This document shows positions 35,080 through 50,580 of a DNA stretch of 64,000 nt, piece by piece. A model generated the notes under the pieces. That model made no database searches and was not told the origin of the DNA. It saw only the letters and a list, made by a program, of their open reading frames with translations. The first letter of the stretch is position 1. The number at the start of each line of letters is the position of its first letter. A program made the translations under genes and the position numbers. This stretch comes from Octopus sinensis (taxonomy: Eukaryota): the NCBI RefSeq assembly GCF_006345805.1, contig NC_043003.1, positions 97,960,001 through 98,024,000 of the forward strand, written 5' to 3'.

Positions 35080-35776
35080 CAGTTGAGAAGAAAGAGAGGA
35101 AGAGAGAATAAACTAGTAAAATATAAAGTCAAAAAGAACAACAACAGTAGCTAAGACTAAAAGAGAGAGAGAGAATCAATATAAAGGAAAGCACTTCACT
35201 GTAGGGAGTCTTAGACTGAAGCTGGAAGGTAGGGGACAGAATTACTGTGGAGTATGATGAAGGGGTCGAGGGGCAGCCAGCTCCAACAGTTAAAAGAGAT
35301 TGTGATGGGTAAGAAAAAAGGCGAGGGAGAGGGGCAAGGTATAAGGGAGTGACGATCTGAAGGGTTCTGCTCTCCGTGTTCTCTGAAATTGGGGTCAGGT
35401 TTAGTGAGGGGAAAAGAGAGAGCCTCGCATTGAAAACGAGATCCACAGTAGGAATATTAAGATTGTCTACTGCAACTGGGCTGCTTTCTAGCAGCAGCAG
35501 CGGTAGCTTCACTCATTCGATAAACAGTAGAACAGCGCTACTTTTGTATTTATTATTGTTGTTCTTTACATCCAAGGAGTGTTCATTGGTGCTTTTCATT
35601 TGGTTTGTTACGTACGACTTAACGGACGATATTGTTTGTTGTTTAAGACTAAGAGACACACTTATGGCCAGCATAACTTCTAGTAACTTGCTTAATTGTC
35701 CCACGATCTGCTCAAACTCTTTTGTACGGGGTGATTTTCGGATGTTGAGTGTCTTTAACGGAAACATGTACGACTG
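35080..35776 (+). other. Candidate first exon (5' UTR with a possible short CDS) ending at a consensus donor
   Basis: Unique non-repeat sequence ending GACTG|GTAAGT at 35776/35777; an open frame MASITSSNLLNCPTICSNSFVRGDFRMLSVFNGNMYD runs into the donor. No homology recognised. Confidence 0.35.
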
Positions 35777-35877
35777 GTAAGTAGTAACACGGAAACTTGT
35801 CTGCTTTTGTGTGGCTGGATTTTACATACCTTTGCATGTACGTGAGTATGTGTGCATGTGTATATACATACATATAT

Positions 35878-35959
<82 letters not shown>

Positions 35960-36134
35960 TATATACATATATATATATTATATATATATATATGTGTGTG
36001 TGTGTGTATATATAATATATGCTTATATATATCCACATGTATTTCTTTGTTTTATACATATATAAATGTATTTAGATATTTATAAATACACACACACACA
36101 CACACACATATTATATGTATATACACTCATAACA

Positions 36135-36202
<68 letters not shown>

Positions 36203-36574
36203 TTCTGTTTGTGTCCGTGTGTGTCTGGTTGATACGTATGGGAGGGGTTAATAGTGGCTGTTGTGATGTATAAATATCTGACTGCATATCTCTACATGTA
36301 TCAAATAATTGTTATATATTCAAACTACCAATACCTGCACACAAGCATGTGTGTGTGTGTGTATACACACAAAGATTGAAATTCTCACGTGTGTGTGTGT
36401 GCGTGTGCATGTTTTAAATATGTGTGTCAACCTTTCTGTTTATATATTTCAAATAAACGTTTGTCTCAGGGTCAACTAATTTCTATATAAGTGCGCAGTG
36501 CTTTTAATGAGGTGATCCCTTAATTATATACCCCTTCTAAGGTTCATGATAGTCTAGAAGTATGTGGGTGTGTA

Positions 36575-38282
<1,708 letters not shown>

Positions 38283-38312
38283 TGTATATATATATATATA
38301 TAATATATATAT

Positions 38313-38554
38313 ATATTGTGGTCTGATCAGAGAAATGTAGGAACATACTAGCTAGATTTCTCCCTCTCCATGAGTAGATCAAATACTGTTCTGTCCTTGA
38401 TGAGAATCAAATGAGAGTTGAAACTGATACGGTAGTTCTGTGTTTCAAGAAATACATATATATTTGTTTATAATTGTCCAAAGTGGTTGTGTGTGTATAT
38501 ATGCGTACGTAAATACACACACATTATACATACATACATACATACAACATACAT

Positions 38555-38618
<64 letters not shown>

Positions 38619-38724
38619 ACCACACACACACACACACACAACACACACACACACACACACACACACAACACACACACACACCACACACACAACATACATA
38701 CATACATATATGTGTGTGTGTGTG

Positions 38725-38757
<33 letters not shown>

Positions 38758-39790
38758 TATATATATATATATAAGATGAGAAAATAAGAGTAGCAATTGA
38801 TAACTTTTTAATTATTAATTAAAAAGTTGACATATCCCTTACAGTTGTTTCAATAACAGACATTCAGAAAATCAATGAAGTAAGTCGAATCTCTTCAGAG
38901 GTAGTTTAAGATATACAAAATAGGTGTTCAATTCCTGCATGTTTACTGATAAAAAATTTATACATGAAGAACATATTATAAAACATACATATTGTATGAG
39001 ACGCTTACTGCACCTAGGTTTGCCAAGCGGTCATATATATATATATATACATTATGTTCTTTATGTATAAATTTTATCGGTTAATGGTTTGCAGCCGTTT
39101 GCCCCTCACATACAGGAATTGAACACCTATTTTGTTATCTTAAACTACCTCTGAAGAGATTCAACTTTCAGATAATTCTTTATTTTATTAATTGATTTTC
39201 TGATGGTCTGGAATTGAAACAGCTGTAAGAGATGTTTGTCAATTTTTGTTTAATTAATAAATAAATAATTTATTAATTGCCTCTCTATTTTCTCATCTTA
39301 TTATAATAATAAATATATATATATATATATAAACCACGGTTTATATGGTTACCTTGCAGCTGAGTATTAACTGTAATGTTCAATATTCATTGTATAGGTA
39401 ATTAACCAGTACTTTCATAAGATTTTGCTATCCCTGAATGAGGTTGTAACCTTCAATTGTGCTTATACACCACACACACACACAACACACACACACACAC
39501 ACACACATACATATATATATATATTGTGGTCTGATCAGAGAAATGTAGGAACATACTAGCTAGATTTCTCCCTCTCCATGAGTAGATCAAATACTGTTCT
39601 GTCCTTGATGAGAATCAAATGAGAGTTGAAACTGATACGGTAGTTCTGTGTTTCAAGAAATACATATATATTTGTTTATAATTGTCCAAAGTGGTTGTGT
39701 GTGTATATATGCGTACGTAAATACACACACATTATACATACATACATACATACATACATACATACATACATACATACATACATACATACA

Positions 39791-39821
<31 letters not shown>

Positions 39822-39917
39822 CACACCACCACACACACACCACACACAACACACACACACACACAACACACACACACACACACACACACACCACACACAC
39901 ATACATACATACATATA

Positions 39918-39967
<50 letters not shown>

Positions 39968-40654
39968 ATGAGAAAATAAGAGTAGCAATTGATAACTTTT
40001 TAATTATTAATTAAAAAGTTGACATATCCCTTACAGTTGTTTCAATAACAGACATTCAGAAAATCAATGAAGTAAGTCGAATCTCTTCAGAGGTAGTTTA
40101 AGATATACAAAATAGGTGTTCAATTCCTGCATGTTTACTGATAAAAAATTTATACATGAAGAACATATTATAAAACATACATATTGTATGAGACGCTTAC
40201 TGCACCTAGGTTTGCCAAGCGGTCATATATATATATATATACATTATGTTCTTTATGTATAAATTTTATCGGTTAATGGTTTGCAGCCGTTTGCTCAACA
40301 TACAGGAATTGAACACCTATTTTGTTTATCTTAAACTACCTCTGAAGAGATTCAACTTTCAGATAATTCTTTATTTTATTAATTGATTTTCTGATGGTCT
40401 GGAATTGAAACAGCTGTAAGAGATGTTTGTCAATTTTTGTTTAATTAATAAATAAATAATTTATTAATTGCCTCTCTATTTTCTCATCTTATTATAATAA
40501 ATAAATATATATATATATATAAACCACGGTTTATATGGTTACCTTGCAGCTGAGTATTAACTGTAATGTTCAATATTCATTGTATAGGTAATTAACCAGT
40601 ACTTTCATAAGATTTTGCTATCCCTGAATGAGGTTTGTAACCTTCAATTGTGCT

Positions 40655-40698
<44 letters not shown>

Positions 40699-40700
40699 TA
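38313..40700. repeat. Tandem duplication, unit about 1.2 kb, each copy containing a foldback MITE (38771-39301; 39963-40492)
   Basis: ATTGTGGTCTGATCAGAG at about 38316 and about 39523; MITE arms ATAAGATGAGAAAATA.../...TATTTTCTCATCTTAT. Confidence 0.95.
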
Positions 40701-40912
40701 TATATATATAATTGTTAAACAGGATGTCACACATAAAGGCAAAGCAAACATCTCAAGGGAGAAATTGTATGACTTGAGACGTTTCCCTTGCCTTAATGTT
40801 TGACGTCCTCTTTAACAATTATATATCAACTGCATCGGAAATCTGCAATGGCTCCATAACTACTGTCTCAGCTATAACTTTAGAGCCCCAGTAATCCATT
40901 ACTGCACTTACT

Positions 40913-41124
40913 GGATCTTTTCCTTTTGATAGCTCAAAAGAGAGCATAGGATTGGTTAAAATTCGAAAAATTAAGCTACGTTAAACAGACGAATTACAAA
41001 TTTATCAAAAAAAAGAAGCGAAAATAATGTTTTCTTTTGACACATTCTACCAGTATACGAAGTTTTAAAGTGTTTAGTTAACTAGAAATTGTGTTGAAAT
41101 CTGGCTATCAAAAGGAAAAGATCT
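40913..41124. mobile_element. Internally deleted GGATC-family MITE
   Basis: TIR GGATCTTTTCCTTTTGATAGC/GCTATCAAAAGGAAAAGATCT; 8-bp TSD CACTTACT/CACTTATT. Confidence 0.85.
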
Positions 41125-41274
41125 CACTTATTTAGCGTGCCTAATCGTTTAGATCACATGTGAATTAAACCCCCATACTTTATATATAATATATATATAT
41201 AAATTATTTTTATTTTTATGTTTTGGTTTATGTTTTTCACTGTTTGAATTGCCTAATAGTGGTTTTATCTCTTA

Positions 41275-41368
<94 letters not shown>

Positions 41369-41385
41369 AATTGAAGTATATGAAA

Positions 41386-41535
41386 AAAAAACCAAAACGA
41401 TCGTGAAGACGTGAACAAGAAATCTATTAGTTTGACGCTCGGTGAAAGGAGAGAGTTTGACGTTTCGAGCCGAGCTTTTCGTCGGTAAAGAGAAAGGAAA
41501 AGTCCAAAGATGAAGAAATTGACAACGGCACACAT
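41386..41535 (-). mobile_element. Solo PLE-type pseudo-LTR with a degenerate minimal hammerhead (41455-41490), next to a (TA)n tract
   Basis: Minus strand CCGACGA-A-AAGC-tcg-GCTC-GAAAC-GTC-AAAC: palindromic ACGT stem III and GUC site; U4 and stem II are mutated. Confidence 0.65.
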
Positions 41536-41670
41536 GTAGTCACATTACTGAAGTGTATATACATACATACACACACACATACATACACACACACACACAT
41601 ACATATATTATGTATGTGTGTGTATATATATGTATATATATATATATATATAATATATATATATATATAA

Positions 41671-41701
<31 letters not shown>

Positions 41702-41767
41702 ATATTAGGGAATAAATCCAAATTTATGCCTAGATTTGCATAATAGTGGTTTTGTCTCTAATTAATA

Positions 41768-41819
<52 letters not shown>

Positions 41820-41887
41820 TATATATTATATATATATATATAGTATATATATATACATATATATATATGCATATATATATATATACA

Positions 41888-42900
41888 TCTTTATATATAT
41901 ATAAAACTGAGAATGTGTGTGTGTGTGTCTGTCTGTCTGTGTGTTTCCCTAAAACTTGAGAACTACTCAACCAATTTCATTCAAATTTTGCCCATGCCTT
42001 ACTTAGGGTCCATGTAGATTCATGGGCAACTTCTTGCCTAGAGCGAGCCCATAGAAATACCATATCTTCTCCACTATTTCAGTATTACGTGTTAAAAGTG
42101 AAACAAAAACATTTCTCTATTTTATGTCAGATGCTTTCACTTTAACAATAAAAATAATAATAACAATTGAATTATATGTAGTAAGTAATAATTAAAATCA
42201 AACTAAAGTATAATATAATCGTAACATAAAAAAAAGTAAAAATAGCAATTGGTATAAAATTGCATCAATTGAACTTGAATAAGTGGTTTCACTTGAATGG
42301 AAATAAATTTAAAAAATTAGCGTGCAGAAATGGAATAGTCCAGATGGATAATAAAAAATTAAATTAAAGAAAAGACTATTGTCTATAAAGTATACAATGT
42401 AGAGAAAAAAGATTTGAACGCATGGAGGAAAGCACCTTCGAAAAGTGCCTTGGTGTGACTATGAAAGATATCTAATCAGAGGCGGTAAATTCGCCACAAT
42501 AGAGGCAAGGTTCGAGTCAACGGAGCGTGCAAGGGAGTACTCGACTCGAACTTGCAAAGTGGAAATATTTTATTTTTACCTTTATATCTGGGACGTAGGA
42601 TGTTCCGTAAAAAAATTAAAATGCACCCCACCCCCTAGAAGTAGAGGTAGGCTGGATTGTAGCCACACTTCTATACAAGAGGGAGGACAAGATACAATTT
42701 ATCGAAATTACAAGAGACGGGCTATCAATTCCAGTCTGTTATATTGAGTATTATCACTAGCGAGATCAAGATATAACTTTGTATTTTGTATTTTATGTGT
42801 AGATGTATATATATAGATGTACATGTAATATATACACATATATAAACACATATACATGCACTAGCACTATGACCCGGCAACGACGGGTCTTTAAAGCTAG

Positions 42901-42931
<31 letters not shown>

Positions 42932-43215
42932 GGAATGTGTCTTGGAAAATATATGTTTGTGAAGGCTGGTGTGTGTGAGAGAGACAGTTCGAAGACAGAT
43001 TTGTTATCGACATTCATAAAAAAACGAGGAGGGTCGTCTTGGCATGCGCTACAAAGAACAGCCAAATCTCTTAAATCGATGAATTAACTTTGTATTTTGT
43101 ATTTTATGTGTAGATGTATATATATAGATGTACATATAATATGTAAACATATATATACACATATATACACATGCACTAGCGCTATGACCCGGCAACGACG
43201 GGTCTTTAATGCTAG
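41888..43215 (+). mobile_element. Helitron-like element with a tandemly duplicated 3' end
   Basis: 5' A|TCTTTATATA...AAAACTGAG; 3' GACCCGGCAACGACGGGTC...GCTAG|T at 42900 and again at 43215, with about 130 bp of duplicated subterminal sequence. Confidence 0.7.
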
Positions 43216-43544
43216 TATAAAAAAATATATTTTAAATTTTATTTACACACATTTAAGCATAAAATACTTGTGTGTATGAGTACGTGTTTGTGGATGTATG
43301 TGTATATGTATATAATGTCAGTGCGCACGTGTGTATAATATTACACGCACATACATGCATATCAATGTAGGGAATTAATCCACGGTAATTAAGGGCTCCA
43401 TTAACAAGTGTTACACTCCAACACGTTATTATTACATTGCAGCAAATTCAAGAGAGCTTGACTTGCATGTATATACGGAATCGGCTAAAACGATCTTTAA
43501 AAGCAACATATCTAGCACAAAAGCATCTTTATGTATGTACATTA

Positions 43545-43808
43545 TGGTACTACTAAAGAAGTGTGGTCCCGGTGCGCGTACTGGCGCATCCGCGTTTGCT
43601 AGTCGTGACTAGTCGATCCTTACTTTGTGTTTTTGTATTTTATTTACTTTGTTTAAAAAAAATTATTTACTTTGTGTAAAAAAATTATTTAATTTGTGTT
43701 TTATTTACTTTGCTATGTAGTCGTAGGATCGACTAGTCACGACTAGCTAGCCCGGATGCGCGAGTACGCGAGTGTGCGCACCGGGACCACTCTTCTTAAG
43801 TAGTACCG
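43545..43808. mobile_element. MITE with GC-rich TIRs of about 75 bp and TA TSD (Tc1/mariner-type)
   Basis: TA|TGGTACTACT...GGTCCCGGTGCGC...CTAGTCGTGACTAGTCGATCCT mirrored at the right end, GTAGTACCG|TA. Confidence 0.85.
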
Positions 43809-43923
43809 TACATTATATAATATTCATACAGACGCAAGCATGGCTGTGTGGTAAGAAGTTTGCTTCCCAACCGAATGGTTCCGGTTTCAGTATCACTGCG
43901 TGGCACCTACATCAAGCGTCTTT

Positions 43924-44212
43924 GGATCTTTTCCTTTTGAACTAGTTTGTAACATAATTTCTAGGTAACTAAAAAGTTTTAAACTTCGTATACTGGTAGA
44001 ATGTGTTTATAAAACATCATTTTCTCTTGGCTTTATTGAGAAAATTCTATAGATTGTAACATATTTCGTCTAAAATTTCTTGCATTTCGGCAATTTTAAC
44101 CAATCAGTTACCTCCATTGACGTAAATAACATTCTGGGCATAATGAATATGTCCCTCGTTTAAGAAACAGTTTGGGTTTATTTACATTTGTGAAGAAAAA
44201 AGATACCCTAAC
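43924..44212 (+). mobile_element. One-armed GGATC-family fragment
   Basis: Matches the left arm of the 25666 element. Confidence 0.75.
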
Positions 44213-44570
44213 CCTTTTAATATAGCCTCTAGCCGATTAAAGCCTTGTGAGTGGATTTCGTAGACAGACACTGAAAGAATCCCGTTGTGTGTGTTTGTAC
44301 GAGAGCGTGTTTCCGTCTGTGTTTGTCCCCCAACCTCCATTTGACAAACGATGTTGGTGTGTTTATGTCCCCCCCCCCCACATAACTTATCGGTTAGAAA
44401 AAGTTCAAGGCTTAAAGAATAATTCCTGGGATCGATTCGTTCAACTAAAATTCTTCTAAGCGGTGCCCAGCATGACCGCAGTCTAATGACTGCATATATA
44501 AAATATACAACATTATACATCCGCATGCTCGCGCGCGCACACACACCAGACATATATACACACATATAAA

Positions 44571-44801
44571 GGCGGCGAGCTGGCAGAATCGTTAGCACGC
44601 CGGGCGAAATGCGTAGCCGTATTTCGTCTGCCGTTACGTTCTGAGTTCAAATTCCGCCGAGGTCGACTTTGCCTTTCATCCTTTCGGGGTCGATAAATTA
44701 AGTACCAGTTACACACTGGGGTCGATGTAATCGGCTTAATCCGTTTGTCTGTCCTTGTTTTTCCTCTCTGTGTTTAGCCCCTTATGGGTAGTAAAGAAAT
44801 A
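44571..44801 (+). mobile_element. Full-length SINE family A
   Basis: GGCGGCGAGCTGGCAGAATCGTTAGCACGCCGGGCGAAATGC...GAGTTCAAATTCC...AGTAAAGAAATA. Confidence 0.92.
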
Positions 44802-45043
44802 CATATATACACACACAGGGTAGCAACCGGCATCTGAATGCAGGAGTGTTTTTCTTACTAACGTAAAACCTAAAGCAATGATATTCGAAATCCCAGTGTT
44901 GAATTCAAATGCATATAAACTCTATGAAACATGTTGAATGCTTCTTTTTTCATTTGTATATTCCTCTCCCCCTTTCTCTTTCTCTCTCTTTTTCTCTCTC
45001 TCTCTCTCTCACTCTCTGTATACTTACATACATATATGTATGT

Positions 45044-45360
45044 GTATACATATCAAAATCGGAGAATGGAAAAACATTTTTTTGGTATTTTTTATTCACC
45101 ATTACACATGTTACATTTGCTAATAGGAGTTACAAAATTGTACATGTAAGAGAAACATGTAAGATTATCTCCTATTACAAATTCTTCAAAATCAAATAAT
45201 AGGTATTATTATATGATTCTCTGAAGTATTTCTAACAGAAGATATCTTACATGTTTCTTTTACAAGTACAATTTTGTAACTCCTATTAGCAAATGAAACA
45301 TGTGTAATGGTGAATAAAATACCAACATTTTTTTTTTCCATTCTTGTGTTTTGATGTATA
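45044..45360. mobile_element. AT-rich foldback MITE (arms of about 110 bp)
   Basis: TTCACCATTACACATG...TTTGCTAATAGGAGTTACAAAATTGTAC mirrored at 45255-45320. Confidence 0.8.
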
Positions 45361-45569
45361 ATTATTCAGCCAAAAATATGTCAGTAATTTTCAACTCTTA
45401 TGCATACTTCACACAAATATAACATCTGCATACGACTTTGGAGTGCAGGAATAAATAGATGTGCTTCAAGCCGCAATGTTTCCAGTTTGTATGCGTGTGT
45501 ATATACTACACACACACACACACACGCACACACAAACACTTTATACATTTCAACTATGCGTCTGCGGTG

Positions 45570-45910
45570 TTGCTGGAGCACCGCCTTAAGAGGTTTTAGT
45601 CGAAGAAACCTACCCCAGAACTTATTATTTGTAAGCCTAGTACTTGTTCTATCGGTTCTCCTATGGCAAACCGCTAAGTTACGGGGACATAAACACACCA
45701 ACATCGGTTGTCAAGCGATGGCGGGATGACGAACACAGACACACACGCACGCATATACGACGGGCTTCTTTCAGTTTCCGTTTACCAAATCCTCTCACAA
45801 GGCTTTGGTCAGCCCGAGGCTATAGTAGAAGACACTCGCCCAAGGTGCCCTGCAGTGGGACTGAACCCGGAATCGTGGTTGGGAAGCAAGCTTCTTACCA
45901 CACAGCCATA
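45570..45910 (-). mobile_element. SINE family B
   Basis: Family motifs. Confidence 0.85.
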
Positions 45911-46756
45911 CATACGGTGAGCCTGAAGTACAATCAAATTTTTTATGTGGATGTGTATATACTGTGTGTATAAACATATATATATTCGTACAATACATGC
46001 TGTATTTGTGTGTGTGAGAGAGAGAGAGAGAGATTGGCGGGTTTGTCAAACAAGACCGAATGTCATTCACTAAACTTCTTATAATGTCGTTGTACCGAAT
46101 ATATACACAGGCCACCCAACCCTTTACAACTATCAAGTTTACAAAATGGCCTATTTAATGTGTAGATTTGTTTGTCTTGTTTGTATTGTAATTCGTTCTG
46201 CCCGTTTGTCGTTGTGATCAGTTCGTTAAAATATAAATTCAAATACTTAGACGATTTACACACCCAATCACTTGACTGTGATATAGATAAACAAGGATAT
46301 AACTGCTGGAATTGGTTGTTAGCTAGCGGTGACTTGTGCCGACATGTATGTGATGGAAAATATAAACAAAGCCGGTTTATGTTAGTTACGTGATACAGTG
46401 GCGTAGGAACTAAGGTTTCACTATTGAAGATGTACCCCATGTGTGAGTGTGTTTGTGTGTAGATTCTTGTATTCTGGCATTTGCTCGCTCTCTACATTTT
46501 CGTTATAGACTAGAACATTCCCTCCGACAGACACATACGTATCTTAAATGGAGATAACGTTTTAAATTTTGTAGACATCACGCTCCATTATTGTGTCTAG
46601 ATTAAGATGGTCCCCTTCAGTGGTTCTCAACCATTTTTTGCCTTTGGATCCCTTTTGCGTCTGGACAGACCATTGGTTCTCAGCCTTTTTTAGTTCAGCA
46701 CCCACCAGTTTCCTATGCTTTGCAAATAAAAAAAAATAATAAAAAAAGCAAATAGC

Positions 46757-46889
46757 TTGCTAACCAACCACATGGTTCCGGGTTCAGTCCCACTGCGTGG
46801 CATCTTGGGCAAGTGTCTTCTGCTATAGCCCCGGGCCGACCAATGCCTTGTGAGTGGATTTGGTAGACGGAAACTGAAAGAAGCCTGTC

Positions 46890-46963
<74 letters not shown>

Positions 46964-47180
46964 GTGTGTGTGTGTGTGTGTCTGTGTTTGTCCCCCTAGC
47001 ATTGCTTGACAACCGATGCTGGTGTGTTTACGTCCCCGTTACTTAGCGGTTCGGCAAAAAAAGAGACCGATAGAATAAGTACTGGGCTTTCAAAGAATAA
47101 GTCCCGGGGTTGATTTGCTCGACTAAAGGCGGTGCTCCAGCATGGCCGCAGTCAAATGACTGAAACGAGTAAAAGAGTAG
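46757..47180 (+). mobile_element. SINE family B with an expanded central (TA)n
   Basis: Family motifs. Confidence 0.9.
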
Positions 47181-47574
47181 CTAATTTTACATAGTCGTAT
47201 ATTGTACTGTCCTATCCAGCAAATATCCCTTTTAAGATATCTGCAGGGACTAGTGCCCCTGTGCCAAAGTTTTATAGAAATTGCTGAAATGAAAGCAAAT
47301 AGCGTGGACTAACATGATGGAATTAAAATATATTGGACCTTGGTGCATCATTAGCCATGTTTCTGCTCACTGACCTAGCCATATTCTAATCTGGACAAAG
47401 TACATATTTTTGAAAAAGTATTTAGAGTACAAGTAATAAATATCTGTTTAAATATTAAAATTTTCTAAGAAACTTCATGACTCCTCTCAACATCCAGCAT
47501 CGCCTTAGTATTTGCTGCTTCTTTGTGAGCTCCCAGCGTCCCAAGAGGGCGCTATTGTTCAGTCTAAACAGAAA

Positions 47575-48170
47575 CCGGAAGTGCACCGTATATGCTTATA
47601 ATTTATAGTGTCTTACATTGAAGCAGGCTGAAACTTCGTCTAGATTAAAAGTGCCTGTGGAATACTGTAATAGACTGAGTTCATTTTGGTTTTTAAGGGA
47701 TTGGGGGTAATGATTTTGTCTGAGTGAATGGAAATTACCCAAGCCTTGGCTGGTCCAATAACGTGGTTAATAAGCCTTTTGAAGTTGACAGTTGCAGGAA
47801 GAATATGGACAGAGGGATTTCTAGAGGGCCGATATTCTGGGAAGTAAGGGTTGGATAAAGAGGTTAATGTAGATCTAGAAATATCTGGGCATAGCATAGT
47901 TACCGAGAGGATGAGAAATGAGTGGAGATAACGCGAAAGCAGCAACCCGGAAGTAGAGGCTACGGTTAGAAAAGTTGGAAAAGCAGAGCGAAGAGATGAT
48001 ACATTTGTGAATCAGAGGCTAGATTGCGCTGGCGACTGACTGTGTAAATCACTTAAATGGCTTTTTATTTTATTATTCCAAATGTGGGAACATTACTCCA
48101 TAAGAAGTTAAGGACTGAGGTATTTTTTGGTCGTTAAAAGTGAAAGTAAATTACGAGAGAAACCGGAAGT
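47575..48170. promoter_or_regulatory. Cluster of three ETS/GABP-type motifs; candidate promoter
   Basis: CCGGAAGT at 47575, 47947 and 48163 in unique, relatively CpG-rich sequence; minus-strand donor-like sites at 48182 (GAT|GTAAGT) and 47738 (TGG|GTAATT). Confidence 0.4.
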
Positions 48171-48854
48171 GACGATACTTACATCCCAAAATTTCATTAA
48201 AAGAACTCCCTCATAGTGCCATGTTCACATGTATAGTTCTAGTGGTGTGTTAAGTATTTCAGAAGTAGCAACTAAGACATACCGTTTCAATGTACTACAC
48301 CCAGCAATGAACACACCACCGAAAAGTGTGGTTGTTTTCATCTTAAATAAAATGTGTCCAGTTTTCATATGAAATTAAATATATGTACGTTCTATAACTT
48401 GGTTATGTCACATTGTTTACATAAAATTATGGAATGTCACTGTCGGTTATCGCAATTTACTTTCATTGTTTTTAGAACAATTTACTTTCACTTTTTTACG
48501 ATTGTAAACTGCATGTCAGTCGGTTTTGGGAGTCTTTGGTATGAGAGTCGGTGACGTACCGTTGGGTATGCGAACCGCAATGTTTCCAGTTTGTATGCGT
48601 GTGTATCTGCTGTAGTCGAAGATATATTGCGTTGAAAGAACGGGGCTGCAAAAACCCATGCTTATATCACTGTAAAAACTTTCAACATTCTTCATGCGTT
48701 TTGTTCATATTTAGGCGGTGTGAGGTACGATATTTTATTTTTATGTATAGTGATTGTATATTTTGTACCGTTGAAAGAAATCGATATGATTGTGTTTGAA
48801 GAATATTTTCGATGGCTATGATCATAGTCATTTACAAGTTTGATGTGAAATATA

Positions 48855-49274
48855 CAGTGATCCCTCGTTTATCGCGGTAGATTGGTTCCGCGACCGACCG
48901 CGATAACTGAATTTCCGCGAAGTAGGGACACCATATTTACAGTATTTATTTAACGTGTATTTGGACTTTTAAAACCCTCCCTGTACTGTTAACAACCCAC
49001 CCATTACAGTAGTCTATTAATAACAAGGACAACTATTAAGCAATAACACCTTAGATTTAAAAAAATAAAGATTGTTACTGTTACACAGGCCAGATTACAA
49101 AATAGAAAGCTGTGATTCGTCGTCTCTCCATTGCACCAATCACAGCCCGTCTTAAATTCAAATACCCCTGTCTATGCTTTTTTGCTATTTTATGCTTGTT
49201 TTGTTGTTCCTAGACTAGAAAATAATATTTATTATTAATATTTTAATGGATTTAATGAAAAATTTTAGGCGTTC

Positions 49275-49308
<34 letters not shown>

Positions 49309-49370
49309 TTTTAAATCCGCGAAGTCGTGAATCCACGATAGTTGAACCGCGAAGTAGCGAGGGATCACTG
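48855..49370. mobile_element. Tigger/pogo-like MITE
   Basis: TA|CAGTGATCCCTCG...CGAGGGATCACTG|TA. Confidence 0.9.
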
Positions 49371-50524
49371 TACTGGTTGCAAAAGACTAACGAGGGGTGG
49401 TATGAACGGTTGGGGAGAATAAAGATGTTATCTGCGTGGTATCTTACTCCAAACAATGAGCGTTGTTTGGGGTGAGATACAGCGGAATACTAAGTTCACC
49501 GAAACTGATAGGATTCGTGAAGTATGATCGTATTGAAGGATATTTGCGATGTCTAATATCAAAATTAGTGGGTCTGTATTAAATGTTATCGAAAAAACAA
49601 AACTTGTGTCTGTGTTCTGTGGCTTCTGGATATGTAGTCCTAGAAACAATTGGATAATGTTGTCTTAGATACACTTTTTGAATTAAAAAAAAAAAATACT
49701 GGATGCAAACGAATATAGAAAAACAAAGTTCTTTGATCATGGCGTTTAAGGTCCGCACACACAGTGTCAAGAACACTTTGATAAGTGTTAGATACACTGT
49801 CGGAAGATGATAAGTAAAAAAAAAAACAAAAAAACAGGGATGTTGATATATATATATAATGATTTTGTTCTGGACTGATCAGTTAGCTACAATAACAACA
49901 ACCGCTGATACAACGTTTTAGCACCGAAAATGTGGAATAACTTGCGTATTTGTGTATTCATTATTGTGTAGCTCGAAGTCAGCTCTGATTTAAACAGACC
50001 AAATGATCAAAGGATTCTAACCGAGACATTCTTGTTTTCCTTTTTTTTGCTTTTTTCTTCCCCTCCCCATTTAGAGTATATAGGAACGACTATAGCTAAT
50101 GTATCTTTCTATCTTATTATAAAGTGTGATTTGACGGAGATTTGGTTGCTTTTTGTAGCAGGCCGGACTGTCTGGTTTTTTGGGGAGTTTTTTTTGGCAG
50201 AATTGTTAAAGCGAAGAAATGCTTGTATTATTTATTTACGGCTCTTTGTTCTGAGTTCAAATTATGTCGAGGTTAGCTTGTCTTTCATCATTCCAAAGTC
50301 GCTAAAATAATTAGTTGTTTAGCTCTTCCCCATATGTGTGTGTGTGTATCTTTTACTTGTTTCAGTTATTGGACTGCGACCCTAGTGCCAATTTTTGAAG
50401 TCTGGCACTTATTTATCGGTCTCTTTTATGGAACTACTATGTTACAGGAACGTCAACAAACCAACATCAGTTGTCAAGTGGGTGTAAGCAAGCACAGACA
50501 GGAAGACACACAGATATACATAAA

Positions 50525-50580
<56 letters not shown>

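Noticed and set aside
35129-35767. Minus-strand 84-aa and 127-aa ORFs in one frame separated by a single TGA (readthrough or selenocysteine?)
   Set aside because: No SECIS or known domain seen; the plus-strand donor gives a simpler explanation.
39148-39175. CTGAAGAG in the foldback MITE
   Set aside because: No downstream stem II-GAAA; it is just TIR sequence.
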